The notes under the pieces are model-generated. The model had not been told where the DNA came from. It saw only the letters and a program-made list of their open reading frames with translations, and did no database searches. The translations under genes were made by a program, and so were the position numbers. Below are positions 18,709-28,499 of a DNA stretch of 32,000 bases, one piece after another; positions within the stretch are counted from its first letter, which is position 1, and the number at the start of each line of letters is the position of its first letter. The stretch covers positions 180,001 through 212,000 of the forward strand of contig JAUWGH010000005.1 in NCBI GenBank assembly GCA_030606485.1, read 5' to 3'. The stretch comes from Promethearchaeota archaeon. Lineage in GTDB: Archaea; Asgardarchaeota; Lokiarchaeia; Sigyniarchaeales; SOKP01.

Positions 18709-19887
18709 CTAAGCAGGAATTTGTTCAATCCATTCTTTTACTTTCTTACTTGAGATTCCAGGCAAATCTTTAGCAAGATCATTAGGATTTAAGTCTTTCA
18801 ATTGCTCAGTAGTAGTAATTCCTATTTGTTCCAATTTCTTCATTATATTTTTTCCTATTCCTCTAATTTTTTCTAAGGTAAATTCATCATTAGCCATAAC
18901 AAACTTGGCTTCAATATTTTCTTCCATACTTGAAAAATCTATTTTTTCTGTATCTGCGATTCCTGCTGGAGTTATAAAAAATTGGCAATCCTCAGGAGGT
19001 AAATCAGGTGCGTCAACAATAATTGCCTTTCTTTCAAGAGAATTATTCGCGGCGAACCCTTTGGTCTTTAACATCACCCGAATTTGGCAGCCATGAGCAA
19101 CGATATTCCCTCCAATTGCATCAATACCACTGAACATTCCCTTTATTTGTTGGGCAACCTGATTTGTTACAAGGATCGCAATATTATAACTCTCTGCAAT
19201 TCTGGAAAGAGCATGAATCATTTGGTTTAAAGTAGCTTGTCGTTGTGGAAGCATTCCAATTCCAATATATTCTGCTCGAAGAAGCGCCATTAAACTATCT
19301 AAAATAATTAATCTAACATTTTTTTCTTTTACGAGTTTCTCCGCTTCTAAAATCATTTGAGCTTGATGATCGGAACTATAAATTCTCGCATGAAAAATGT
19401 GTGAGAGTACATCTTCGGGTTTAAGACCAAATCTTCTGGTAATTCGTTTGATCTTTTCTTTAGAAAATGTATTTTCGGTATCAATATAAATTACAGCACC
19501 ACTTAATCCACCTTTTCCTTTTGGTAATTGTGTAGTAACACACAAAGTGTGCGCTAAATTGGTCTTTCCGGATTTAAATGGACCAAAAACTTCTGTTATA
19601 AAACCTGTTTCTATACCACCTCCTAAAATTGCATTAAAATTTAATGACCCTGTACTGATAAACTCGTGGTTCTCTTGAAATTCCGATATAGATTTGAACT
19701 CGGTCATACCCAAAGCACTCCGAGCATTCCATATGAGTTTTTTAGAAGTTGCTTCTCCAATACCATCCATTGCAGTAATACTCTTAAAACCCGACATAGC
19801 CAGAGCTTCTGCTGTAGTAATACCGTTCTCTATAAAAATCTTAATATGTCTCGCTTGAATGCCTTTCACTAATTTTAATTCTGTCAT
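18709..19887 (-). CDS. radA: RadA/Rad51-family recombinase with an extra C-terminal (HhH)2 domain
   Basis: GGGIETGFITEVFGPFKSGKT, YIDTENTF, LIILDS, TNQV and IGGNIVAH motifs; HhH pairs at both termini. ATG at 19887 (TTG at 19896 is an alternative). Confidence 0.85.
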   Translation of the reverse strand: MTELKLVKGIQARHIKIFIENGITTAEALAMSGFKSITAMDGIGEATSKKLIWNARSALGMTEFKSISEFQENHEFISTGSLNFNAILGGGIETGFITEVFGPFKSGKTNLAHTLCVTTQLPKGKGGLSGAVIYIDTENTFSKEKIKRITRRFGLKPEDVLSHIFHARIYSSDHQAQMILEAEKLVKEKNVRLIILDSLMALLRAEYIGIGMLPQRQATLNQMIHALSRIAESYNIAILVTNQVAQQIKGMFSGIDAIGGNIVAHGCQIRVMLKTKGFAANNSLERKAIIVDAPDLPPEDCQFFITPAGIADTEKIDFSSMEENIEAKFVMANDEFTLEKIRGIGKNIMKKLEQIGITTTEQLKDLNPNDLAKDLPGISSKKVKEWIEQIPA

Positions 19888-20134
19888 TATTATCAAAATT
19901 TCTTAAATTTTGAAATAATTATACGATGAAGATATTTAAAAGAAAAAATTAGAATAATTGAAAATAGTTAATTTTTTCCTCTACAATTAATTTAAAGCAA
20001 GTTAATATAAAAAGAAAAAAACTAAATGAAAAAGAAATAATCTCGGAAGTAAAAATTCCTAAAAGTCCAATATTACTTACCTTGCAAGAGTGAATCTCTT
20101 TTTTATTTAAATATTTTTAATTTAAAAACTATTC

Positions 20135-20833
20135 ATGAGCAAATCTGAACAATTTATTCAATATTCTTACTACGAGAAAACGGTAATTGATAGTTTTGAA
20201 CTAATTTTAAACAAATTGATGTTTACTTTAGATTTGACAAAATATATTAATTTGCATAATGAATGTATTCAGATTTTTTTGCAAATATGGAAACGGATGA
20301 GGAAGGGAACCAAATTCAGATCACCAAAAAGATTAGGCCCAGTAATAATTTATATGATACTTAAAGCAAAAGGATTTGATATCAAAATTTCATATTTTAT
20401 TGAAAAGATTAATATAAATAAAAAAAAATTTACTGAAATTTTAAAACAAGCAGTGATATTTTATCCTACTTATTTTAAAAGAGATAGAAAGACCGTTATT
20501 ATCAAAAAAATAAATGAAACAAGGGAAATTTTTGGATTTGACCGTGATTTTACTAATAAATATCAAGAGATTTTTAAAAAATTTTGGCCTATTATAAAAA
20601 ATACAAAAGATGATGTAATCGCAGGAGTAATTTTTATTTTAACAATGATTGCATTGGGAATAAATTCCATCCCTTTTGTACACGTATGTAATAAAATAGG
20701 AATTAAAATGAGCACAGTAAATTATCAAGTAAAAAATAAAATTTTTAAAAGTCTTCATTTGCCTGGATTTATAAGTCTGAGAAAATCATCTAATGTTATA
20801 AAGGACTTAATAGATAAAATAATTAAAAAATAA
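20135..20833 (+). CDS. TFB/TFIIB-like core domain protein (two cyclin folds, no Zn ribbon)
   Basis: Two helical repeats: KGTKFRSPKRLGPVIIYMIL and TKDDVIAGVIFIL...VCNKIGIKMSTVNYQV (HTH-like). No N-terminal CxxC ribbon. Confidence 0.7.
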   Translation: MSKSEQFIQYSYYEKTVIDSFELILNKLMFTLDLTKYINLHNECIQIFLQIWKRMRKGTKFRSPKRLGPVIIYMILKAKGFDIKISYFIEKININKKKFTEILKQAVIFYPTYFKRDRKTVIIKKINETREIFGFDRDFTNKYQEIFKKFWPIIKNTKDDVIAGVIFILTMIALGINSIPFVHVCNKIGIKMSTVNYQVKNKIFKSLHLPGFISLRKSSNVIKDLIDKIIKK

Positions 20834-20846
20834 ATGAATATTGATT

Positions 20847-22010
20847 TTATTTTTTAAGAGCACGCAATCTTTTTTGAAAAACAATATGCTTCCTTAAAGG
20901 TTTAGTATGAGGAAAGATTGACTGTACCGCTTCTTCATTCTTATTCCAGATATGTGTTCCTTCAATATATTTTATTCCGTTGAATCCGGTAGTGATCTGT
21001 CCGATGTTATTTAATGCAGAGAATATTCCTTTACCTGTATAACCGGGTTTAACAAAAACCGTATCAACATTAACCCGTGTAATCGATTCTCCAAGCCATA
21101 GTTGATAAAGATCAGGAAGTGAAAAGATGGCTCCAACAATCTCTCCTATATAACGATTAATTGCTATCGGAGCCCATGTAACTACATTTTCTAGGTCACA
21201 AGATTCCCATGCTTCAATAAACTCTGGAATATCGGAATATTTCCTTGGGCTAAAATTGGGCGGCAATTTATAATGAGTTTTTGGTACGGCAGCATATTGT
21301 CTCATAACTTCATCAAACCTACCACTTCCACTATGATCAGGTAAAATGAAATTAAACGCGTTGGATGCCAATTCCATAATCTCTTCTTCTTTAGCAATTA
21401 TATCTTTTAAAGGAAGAAATCTTAAACGAATATTATTATCTATTTTTTTTCCCTTTTTCCAAGTTTTTTCTGTCACATGAACACAAATATATTCAGCATC
21501 TCTTTTAAATCCCAACTTGTCTAAATAATCTGCGATATTAGTTGGATTGAAAGCAACACCATAAAATAACTTCTCATTAAATCCATCTACTTGAACTCCA
21601 ATACCACCTAAACCTTTTGGATAATTAATTGGACCTCTAATTTTTCGAAATCCATGTTTTCTAGCAAAATTTTCACAAGCATTCATAAGTTTTTTGCATG
21701 TTTCTATGGAATCAGCCCGTAACCATCCAAAAGTAGGACACAACTTTCCATAACTTCGATAACTAGGATCAATTTGAGCAATGACAAATCCAACAATTTC
21801 AGAATTATCACAACAGATATAAACAGCTACTTTATAACTATTATCAAAAAATTTCTCAATTAGATATTTTAAAATTTCACTTACAACTCTTGATTTCAAT
21901 CGTTTATCGGAAATTTCGAGGATAGATTCTAAAGCATATTTAATTTCTATTAAGTCATGGGTTTGATAAATCTTTTTTACTAATTCATATTCTAATACCA
22001 TTTTTTTCAC
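20847..22010 (-). CDS. Tandem GNAT-fold acyltransferase (YghO-like)
   Basis: IVGFVIAQID...TFGW...FARKHGFRKIRGPIN...FNPTNIADYLDKLGF and FVKPGYTGKGI acyl-CoA-binding motif. Confidence 0.75.
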   Translation of the reverse strand: MKKMVLEYELVKKIYQTHDLIEIKYALESILEISDKRLKSRVVSEILKYLIEKFFDNSYKVAVYICCDNSEIVGFVIAQIDPSYRSYGKLCPTFGWLRADSIETCKKLMNACENFARKHGFRKIRGPINYPKGLGGIGVQVDGFNEKLFYGVAFNPTNIADYLDKLGFKRDAEYICVHVTEKTWKKGKKIDNNIRLRFLPLKDIIAKEEEIMELASNAFNFILPDHSGSGRFDEVMRQYAAVPKTHYKLPPNFSPRKYSDIPEFIEAWESCDLENVVTWAPIAINRYIGEIVGAIFSLPDLYQLWLGESITRVNVDTVFVKPGYTGKGIFSALNNIGQITTGFNGIKYIEGTHIWNKNEEAVQSIFPHTKPLRKHIVFQKRLRALKK

Positions 22011-22340
22011 TTATGGGTTTAACAAAATTTATAAATTTATTTTAAAGGAAAGTTAAAACAGACATATTTAAATAAAAATTTCTAATTAAATAGAAATTAA
22101 ATAATGAAATTTTAATATCATATTATCAAAAGCTTTTAATTCTTCAATAGTACTCATCTAAATATCATAATAATTGATCATAAAATGTATTCAAATTCTT
22201 AGATCTTATCTGTTTTTCTGTTTGATAAGTTATTATAATTCTTTTAATAATATGGTTTAATTTTTTCTTTAAATATCCTCATTTTATGAAGTTCCTATCA
22301 AATTTTAAAAGAATAAAAAGAGAGTATTGCTGATTTTTTT

Positions 22341-23567
22341 ATGGCGTCAAGTAGTCTTATAATAAAAACTAAATTGATAACATCAGATTCTACAGAAAAA
22401 TTTATTGAGAAATTTGCTAAAATTGGAGTTAATCCAGATATAACTGAAAATATGGAATTAAATTTCGAGATTGATAAAAATTTAGATAGATTAGATTGCT
22501 ATTTGACCTTAGCTTCACCTGAAGATGCCTATGATATAACTGAAATTTATAAAGATTGTTATAACGGGACCTATCCTTATAAAGAGATGGAAAACCCCAC
22601 AGAAGTTCAAAAGATGATATTTGATAAAGATTTTTATTGGATCTTATTCAGAACACCTAGAGGAAAGACTATAGGATGTTTTACTTATGTATTAAATAGA
22701 AAACAAAAGAGAGGTTATATGAGAGGTTTATTAGTAAAAAAGAAATATCAGAAAATTACAAATGTTAAGAAATTAATGATTGGGTCGATGATTGGAATGT
22801 GGGGTACATTCAGAAATAGTATTTATATATGGTACGCAGAATGTCGGACAGCCCATATAAAATCACAATATTTAGCAAATATCTGTGGTATAAAACCCTT
22901 AGCTTTTCTACCTAATAAAGATATTTTCTTTAATAAAATAGAATCAGATATCTTCCATACAATTTATTCAGAGAAGGTTTTATCTTCTTTACGGAAAAAA
23001 AATCCTGTTCTAATACCAGAGATAAATATGATATATTCATTTATTCAAAAACAATATAATCTTGAAGAAGCAATCTATTTAGAACCATTAGTTCAATATG
23101 ATTTTGATTTAGATAGGAAGATTTATAATAGAAAAAGTGTAAAAATTTATGAAGAAATTGATAAATTTGGATATCATAAGGTTATAATTAAGATTTTAGG
23201 AACAGATTCCAATATCAACTTCTTATATACACCAACTGTTGAAAACATCGAAAAGATTAAGTATAATGTTAATAATGATATTGCATTGTTTGTCTTACTT
23301 AAAGAACTTAAACGATATGCTTCTGAAAAAAAAGTTCGTTATATTGAATGTTTTGTATCAGCCTATAAACCTAATCATCAAAGAATATTTTGTGATGTTG
23401 GATTTAAAATTAGAGGATATATTCCAAGTTGGAAAAGAGTTATCACACCATCAGGAGAATTATTTGAAGATCATATAATATTTAATCTAGAAAAAGGAAA
23501 ATTAAATCCTAAACTACAATTAATTCCTGAAGCACAAAAAATAGTGGATATTGTTTACAGAAAATAG
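22341..23567 (+). CDS. Tandem GNAT-fold acetyltransferase
   Basis: LASPEDAYDITEIYKDCY, GYMRGLLVKKKYQK, AECRTAHIKSQ, and a second GNAT-like module IECFVSAYKPNHQRIFCDVGFKIRGYIP. Confidence 0.7.
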   Translation: MASSSLIIKTKLITSDSTEKFIEKFAKIGVNPDITENMELNFEIDKNLDRLDCYLTLASPEDAYDITEIYKDCYNGTYPYKEMENPTEVQKMIFDKDFYWILFRTPRGKTIGCFTYVLNRKQKRGYMRGLLVKKKYQKITNVKKLMIGSMIGMWGTFRNSIYIWYAECRTAHIKSQYLANICGIKPLAFLPNKDIFFNKIESDIFHTIYSEKVLSSLRKKNPVLIPEINMIYSFIQKQYNLEEAIYLEPLVQYDFDLDRKIYNRKSVKIYEEIDKFGYHKVIIKILGTDSNINFLYTPTVENIEKIKYNVNNDIALFVLLKELKRYASEKKVRYIECFVSAYKPNHQRIFCDVGFKIRGYIPSWKRVITPSGELFEDHIIFNLEKGKLNPKLQLIPEAQKIVDIVYRK

Positions 23568-23624
23568 TTTTTAAATAAATATTTTAATAAAAAGAAGACA
23601 AGAGAAAAAAAAAAGAAAAGAAAA

Positions 23625-24773
23625 CTATAAGGAAATTCCTTTTAATTTCATAGCATTCTCAATATTATCCCTTCGAGGATCATTTTTCCGTTTAAATCGA
23701 GCTAGTTCTATCAATTCATCTCTTGTCATACCTATTTGCTTAAAAAAACGGTCTACTTGTTGAGTATTGAACTCACCATTCGCTACGAGAGGTTCTAACC
23801 TGTTAAAAATCTCTAACCAATGCTCTCTGTCTCCTACTCCCTGTCGTATCAATTTTGCGATTTGTAATCTATACATATGGTGTCCAAATCGCATTATATC
23901 ATACATACCTATAGCCCAGATAAGTATGCAATTAGTTTTTAGAGGATCAGCTTTACCTCTCCTTACGAGACCTGCTCTCTCAACCGTTGCAATGACTTCC
24001 TTCTCATTATACGGCCAGATATGAAGAGGAAATAACAATCGAGGTTTCTTTTTTGATCCAAATTCATTTGGATCCCACCACCATTTTCTATCCTCATTAC
24101 TATAAAAATCAGATTTCCAATGTTCAGGTAACAAGGAATGATTTAATTTTTCTTTAGGAATTTCAAAGAAATATCTTGCATTCTCGTCTGGCGAAAGCCC
24201 AATAAAAACATAAGGGATTCCCCTACGTGCTGCTTCTCTTATCACAAGCGAGTCAATAAGATCAGTGCAATTATCACAGATTTTCTTCATCATAGGTAAA
24301 TCGTTAGAATCATAGTTAATAATGTGCCAGCGATATAATTTAGTGAATACTTCTATTGGTGGTTTAATAAAAATATGCTCCACACCTAAGTTTTTAATCG
24401 TTTGTTTAATATTATTTAAAGCAACCTTATTCATATAACCTGAATTTACTGAAACTGCAAGAACGTTAAGTCCATATTTAACGGTAAGAATGTACAACAG
24501 ATATGTAGAATCCTTTCCGCCAGAAAAACCAACCACACAGTCATATTCCCGATTTCTATGTTTGGCTTTTATTTTTTTTAGGATTCCATTCATTTCTTTA
24601 CGTTTTTGCTCTTTTAATTCTTGTGATATTGGGACAACAAAATATTTATCTGGTTCTTTACAGTGATTGCAAATGCCATCACTTCCTATCTCTACGCTGA
24701 TACATCCTTTATGATTAATACATTTTTTACAATAAAATGTATTTTCTTGTATTTCAATTTGCAAATTAAACAT
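23625..24773 (-). CDS. PP-loop N-type ATP pyrophosphatase (N-acetyl sugar amidotransferase/WbuX-like)
   Basis: N-terminal CKKC...CNHC, DCVVGFSGGKDSTY PP-loop and ICDNC. Confidence 0.8.
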   Translation of the reverse strand: MFNLQIEIQENTFYCKKCINHKGCISVEIGSDGICNHCKEPDKYFVVPISQELKEQKRKEMNGILKKIKAKHRNREYDCVVGFSGGKDSTYLLYILTVKYGLNVLAVSVNSGYMNKVALNNIKQTIKNLGVEHIFIKPPIEVFTKLYRWHIINYDSNDLPMMKKICDNCTDLIDSLVIREAARRGIPYVFIGLSPDENARYFFEIPKEKLNHSLLPEHWKSDFYSNEDRKWWWDPNEFGSKKKPRLLFPLHIWPYNEKEVIATVERAGLVRRGKADPLKTNCILIWAIGMYDIMRFGHHMYRLQIAKLIRQGVGDREHWLEIFNRLEPLVANGEFNTQQVDRFFKQIGMTRDELIELARFKRKNDPRRDNIENAMKLKGISL

Positions 24774-24926
24774 CTTTTTTAATAATTTTAGAAATTTAAG
24801 TGAAAGATAAAATAGACACTTTTAAATAAAAAAAAAAAGAAAATATTTTTCTTTAATAATAAAGAGTATATATTCCGTCTACAAATTGGAATTTTTTATT
24901 TAGAAAAAAATAAATAAGAAGATAAA

Positions 24927-25403
24927 ATGAAAAAAAACTCTCATAGATTTATGAGTCTTGGAATCGGCTCTTTTTTATTAACAATTTTTAATTTTTTTCA
25001 AAATATTGGAGTTATTTATTTTTTTATGTTGCCAATTTATTTTGAAGCGGGAATAATAAATGATATCCTTGATTATAAATTGTTTATTAAACATAAAAGA
25101 TATTTTTGGACACATTCTCCACTCTCTCCATTACTTATCGGATTAGCAATAATCTTAGGATTATTTGGAATTTTTATTAATCTTCCTTTTTCAATGTTTT
25201 TAACCGTTTCTATGTGGTTTATTTTTGAAATTCATATATTACTGGATGCATTAAATCCGACTGGCATCCCTTTACTATTTAATAATAAAAAAATATCCAA
25301 TATACCTTATGACGACTTTAAATGGAATGCCATTTTTATCTTGATTGGAATTATCTTAACAGGAATGTCATTATTTAATAATTTGCTTATATATTATGGT
25401 TAG
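24927..25403 (+). CDS. Membrane metal-dependent hydrolase (YdjM-like)
   Basis: N-terminal His, HKRYFWTHS and HILLDALNPTGIPL motifs within TM helices. Confidence 0.78.
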   Translation: MKKNSHRFMSLGIGSFLLTIFNFFQNIGVIYFFMLPIYFEAGIINDILDYKLFIKHKRYFWTHSPLSPLLIGLAIILGLFGIFINLPFSMFLTVSMWFIFEIHILLDALNPTGIPLLFNNKKISNIPYDDFKWNAIFILIGIILTGMSLFNNLLIYYG

Positions 25404-25582
25404 AAAGACCATATTAATAATAAGAAACAAGATATTTGTAAGTTTTTGTACAATAAAATCATTCTGTATAAAAATTCATTTAAAATTTCAATTAATTTCA
25501 AAAGTCAAAAAAGATAAAACGTTAAACTTAGTTAATCTTCAAAAATCTTCAAAATCTTTTATATAGATGTTTTTAAACAATA

Positions 25583-26455
25583 ATGCAAATTTTATATCAA
25601 AAACCTTTAAAATATTTTAATTTGATTCTTATGACTTCTACAAAACTAAATAAATTGTATTTAATCCTTATTATGGTTTTTATAATTGCAATTTTAAATT
25701 TTATTAGTTTTTTAAGTTCTTTTGTTCTTGCTCAATCACCTCCAACCGGAATGGAATTTAATGTTGATCCTTTATTAACCATTTCAATTATTGCTAGAGA
25801 AATCGTGTTAATATTTTTAGGTTTTTTTTTACTAAATAAATGGTTTAAAGCAGAAAAACGATTTTTTACAGATTTACCATTTCTGATGGCACTTACTACT
25901 TTCATACTAATTGTTGCAAAAGCATACGATCTATACCTTTACAATCTCTTTGGAGACTACAATTTTGAAATCTATATCGCTACAGATCCAATTTTAATAT
26001 GGTATGCTAAAATAAGATGGCTCGTAATACTGGCGAATACAGTTCCAATGGTGGGTTTATTATTATCTATATGGATGGCAGATTATGATAAAAAATATTT
26101 ATATTTAACGCTTATTATATTCATTTCCTCTTGGACTATATACATTGTTGTAGTTCCTACTTTTGGACTTATAAAAGATATTCATGTTTTTTTGTTGTTA
26201 CCAATTATTCTCTTATCTATTATTACATATCTATTTCTTTATAAATATAAAAGGCTACCTGAGATACATAGTTTAATAATATCTATTGCTTGGATAGCGT
26301 ATTTAGTTTCATCAATTTTAAGACCTTTCCTCATGACAATTGGAGAACCCCCTTGGGGCCTTGTATGGGTTTCAGAATTAATGGATCTAATTATATGGTG
26401 TATAATGACTTTGGGTTTTGTAATAAAACCAAATTATTCAAAAACTGTAAAATAA
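25583..26455 (+). CDS. Polytopic (~7-8 TM) membrane protein of unknown function
   Basis: Successive hydrophobic helices; no recognisable soluble domain. Start uncertain. Confidence 0.7.
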   Translation: MQILYQKPLKYFNLILMTSTKLNKLYLILIMVFIIAILNFISFLSSFVLAQSPPTGMEFNVDPLLTISIIAREIVLIFLGFFLLNKWFKAEKRFFTDLPFLMALTTFILIVAKAYDLYLYNLFGDYNFEIYIATDPILIWYAKIRWLVILANTVPMVGLLLSIWMADYDKKYLYLTLIIFISSWTIYIVVVPTFGLIKDIHVFLLLPIILLSIITYLFLYKYKRLPEIHSLIISIAWIAYLVSSILRPFLMTIGEPPWGLVWVSELMDLIIWCIMTLGFVIKPNYSKTVK

Positions 26456-26523
26456 ATAAATAAATTAAGTCACTTTATCTTTTTTCTTTTAACGATTTAC
26501 AATAACAATTGTAATTATAAATT

Positions 26524-27252
26524 TTATTCAAATAATTTCTTATTTTTTTCAACCCATTTGAATCCTATACCCCGTATTTCTCCTAAAGGACCTTCCACTC
26601 CCTTAGGATTTCCTGTTTTTGTAAATAATAATTTTGAATGATTTATTGTATAGAGAACATCATATGGAGTTTTAAACTTTTCAATTAAAATTTTCGCGAG
26701 TTTTGGACCTGTATCATAAAACCCCTCCAAAATAAATTTTTTCCTTTCTTCATTATTCATCTTTTTTGGGGCATACCGGGCAAAAATAGGGGCAGGGTTT
26801 TTAACTTGTTCTCGAATTGCGATTCTCTTTAAGCATGTCGCGGTTTCCGCTATATTTCTAGTAGGAATAATAGGGTATCCAAATTTTATTGCAATATAAA
26901 TAAGAGCACCGTAGAGAGAATCAATTTTCATTTTTGGTCGTGTGAACATTTTTTCAAAATCCTCTAAAATCAAAATTGGCGATTCGAATGATTCCTTTAA
27001 TCTCAATAATTGTTCAAAAAGCCGAGTATCATATAATGATTTTGCAAAATCGTCACCACGTTTTCTTTCAACAGCTACTTTTTCAGAGAGAATATAGTCG
27101 GCTATATCAAGAGTTTGATTAATAATATCACACCCTATATTATCAAGTATCTCTTTAATGATTTTTGGTTCTCTCTTATCTACAATAATATAGGGTCGAT
27201 ATTTAATTGAGGATTTCGATTTTTTCTTATATTGACTTTTAGAAATAATTAT
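26524..27252 (-). CDS. xpf: Short-form XPF/ERCC4 structure-specific endonuclease
   Basis: The frame of the 27006 ORF stays open upstream to 27261 and encodes IIVDKRE, DIADY and VAVERKRGDDF (ERKxxxD). HhH motifs GFYDTGPKLA and IRGIG are present. No in-frame ATG/GTG/TTG upstream; start is probably ATA 27252 or ATT 27249/27246. Confidence 0.88.
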   Translation of the reverse strand: MIISKSQYKKKSKSSIKYRPYIIVDKREPKIIKEILDNIGCDIINQTLDIADYILSEKVAVERKRGDDFAKSLYDTRLFEQLLRLKESFESPILILEDFEKMFTRPKMKIDSLYGALIYIAIKFGYPIIPTRNIAETATCLKRIAIREQVKNPAPIFARYAPKKMNNEERKKFILEGFYDTGPKLAKILIEKFKTPYDVLYTINHSKLLFTKTGNPKGVEGPLGEIRGIGFKWVEKNKKLFE

Positions 27253-27253
27253 A

Positions 27254-27258
27254 CACCC
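27254..27258 (-). promoter_or_regulatory. Shine-Dalgarno-like GGGTG upstream of the non-canonical xpf start
   Basis: GGGTG lies 7 nt before the in-frame ATT at 27246. Confidence 0.4.
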
Positions 27259-27314
27259 ATTCTATAATTTACAGAAATATTATTATGATGAAAGTATAAA
27301 AATTAAAAGGAAAA

Positions 27315-28484
27315 CTAAGGAAGATGTTTTTTTTCTAGAATTGAATCAATCTGATCTAATTTATTAAGGATCCATTTCTCAAACTTGTCTATATTATTAA
27401 TACTTGGAATCTCTTTAATATCAGTACCTTTAAGGTTGAAATCAATAGAGGAATTAGAGTTATTTATTATCAGTGATTTTTTTTTTTCCTTAGTCGATAA
27501 GATCTTTATAAAAAGAGAGTTAATTTCTGGCTCAGATACGTTTAATATGCTTAAAATCTGTTTGAATTCTGTGTAATCCTCCTCGTTTGGGTTCATTTGA
27601 CTAATATAACGAGAATGCCAATTATTTAAAAATTTTCGAGGTATACCATTTTTCCAATGATGTTCTCTTAAATATACAAAAAAATTTTTCGGAAATAATT
27701 GCTTAGTTGCTAGATTACTATCATCAAAATTTTTCTTGTAATCTTGCAATAAGGTCTTAAAAATCGAAAATATTTTTAAATTTATCTTTTGAATTTTTTG
27801 ATATTGTTCTATTATTTTAGAACCAGTGTTTTTATTGGGTTGGTTTAGTTCTTTTGAAATAGAAATAGGAATAACAATATCATAATAATTTGAAACAAAT
27901 TCTAAAATTTTTTTATGGTATTGAGGTTTAAGTTCACTCAGTAAGTAAATAATATCTTCAATTTTTCCGGTTTTATTAAATTCCAGATATATCCTATTGC
28001 CAAGATTTTTAATAGATTGAATCTCATCAGCTAAAAATTCTAATGAAGAAGATTTTTGTATTATCTCAGTTTCAAATGATAGATCAATGTTAGAAAAATC
28101 TTGATTTAGAAATGTTTTCGTTTTTTTATTATATACAACAAAATCGGAATTAGAAATTAGATTATCAGATACTTCTTCTTTTGTGTTAATTATACAATGA
28201 AAATTCTTTATCTTAATTAATTTTTCAATTTCTTCTCGATTAACATTTGTGATGATAAAAAATGTAGGATTATGATTATGAGTTGAAATTGAACCATATT
28301 CAATAATCTCACTTAAATTATATAATGCTGTTCCATCTAATTTTTCAATATTATAACTAACTAAAAAGCACTCAAGGGGAATTAAATGCTTTAAATCAAT
28401 ATATGGGTAAATAATTAGACTTTTTTGCTTAAAAAATAATAAATAAAAGAGTTCAGGAGATATAATGTCATATTCAGTATCCAT
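27315..28484 (-). CDS. Hypothetical protein, third gene of the roadblock-MglA operon
   Basis: 389-aa ORF 15 nt downstream of the GTPase; alpha/beta N-terminal part and helical C-terminal part; no motif recognised. Confidence 0.7.
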   Translation of the reverse strand: MDTEYDIISPELFYLLFFKQKSLIIYPYIDLKHLIPLECFLVSYNIEKLDGTALYNLSEIIEYGSISTHNHNPTFFIITNVNREEIEKLIKIKNFHCIINTKEEVSDNLISNSDFVVYNKKTKTFLNQDFSNIDLSFETEIIQKSSSLEFLADEIQSIKNLGNRIYLEFNKTGKIEDIIYLLSELKPQYHKKILEFVSNYYDIVIPISISKELNQPNKNTGSKIIEQYQKIQKINLKIFSIFKTLLQDYKKNFDDSNLATKQLFPKNFFVYLREHHWKNGIPRKFLNNWHSRYISQMNPNEEDYTEFKQILSILNVSEPEINSLFIKILSTKEKKKSLIINNSNSSIDFNLKGTDIKEIPSINNIDKFEKWILNKLDQIDSILEKKHLP

Positions 28485-28499
28485 ATTAACAATATACCT

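Noticed and set aside
19666-19872. Plus-strand ORFs inside radA (also 18905-19096) and other short shadow ORFs (23239-23478, 23767-24024, 27385-27576, 29116-29400)
   Set aside because: They overlap supported genes antisense or out of frame and show no coding signal.
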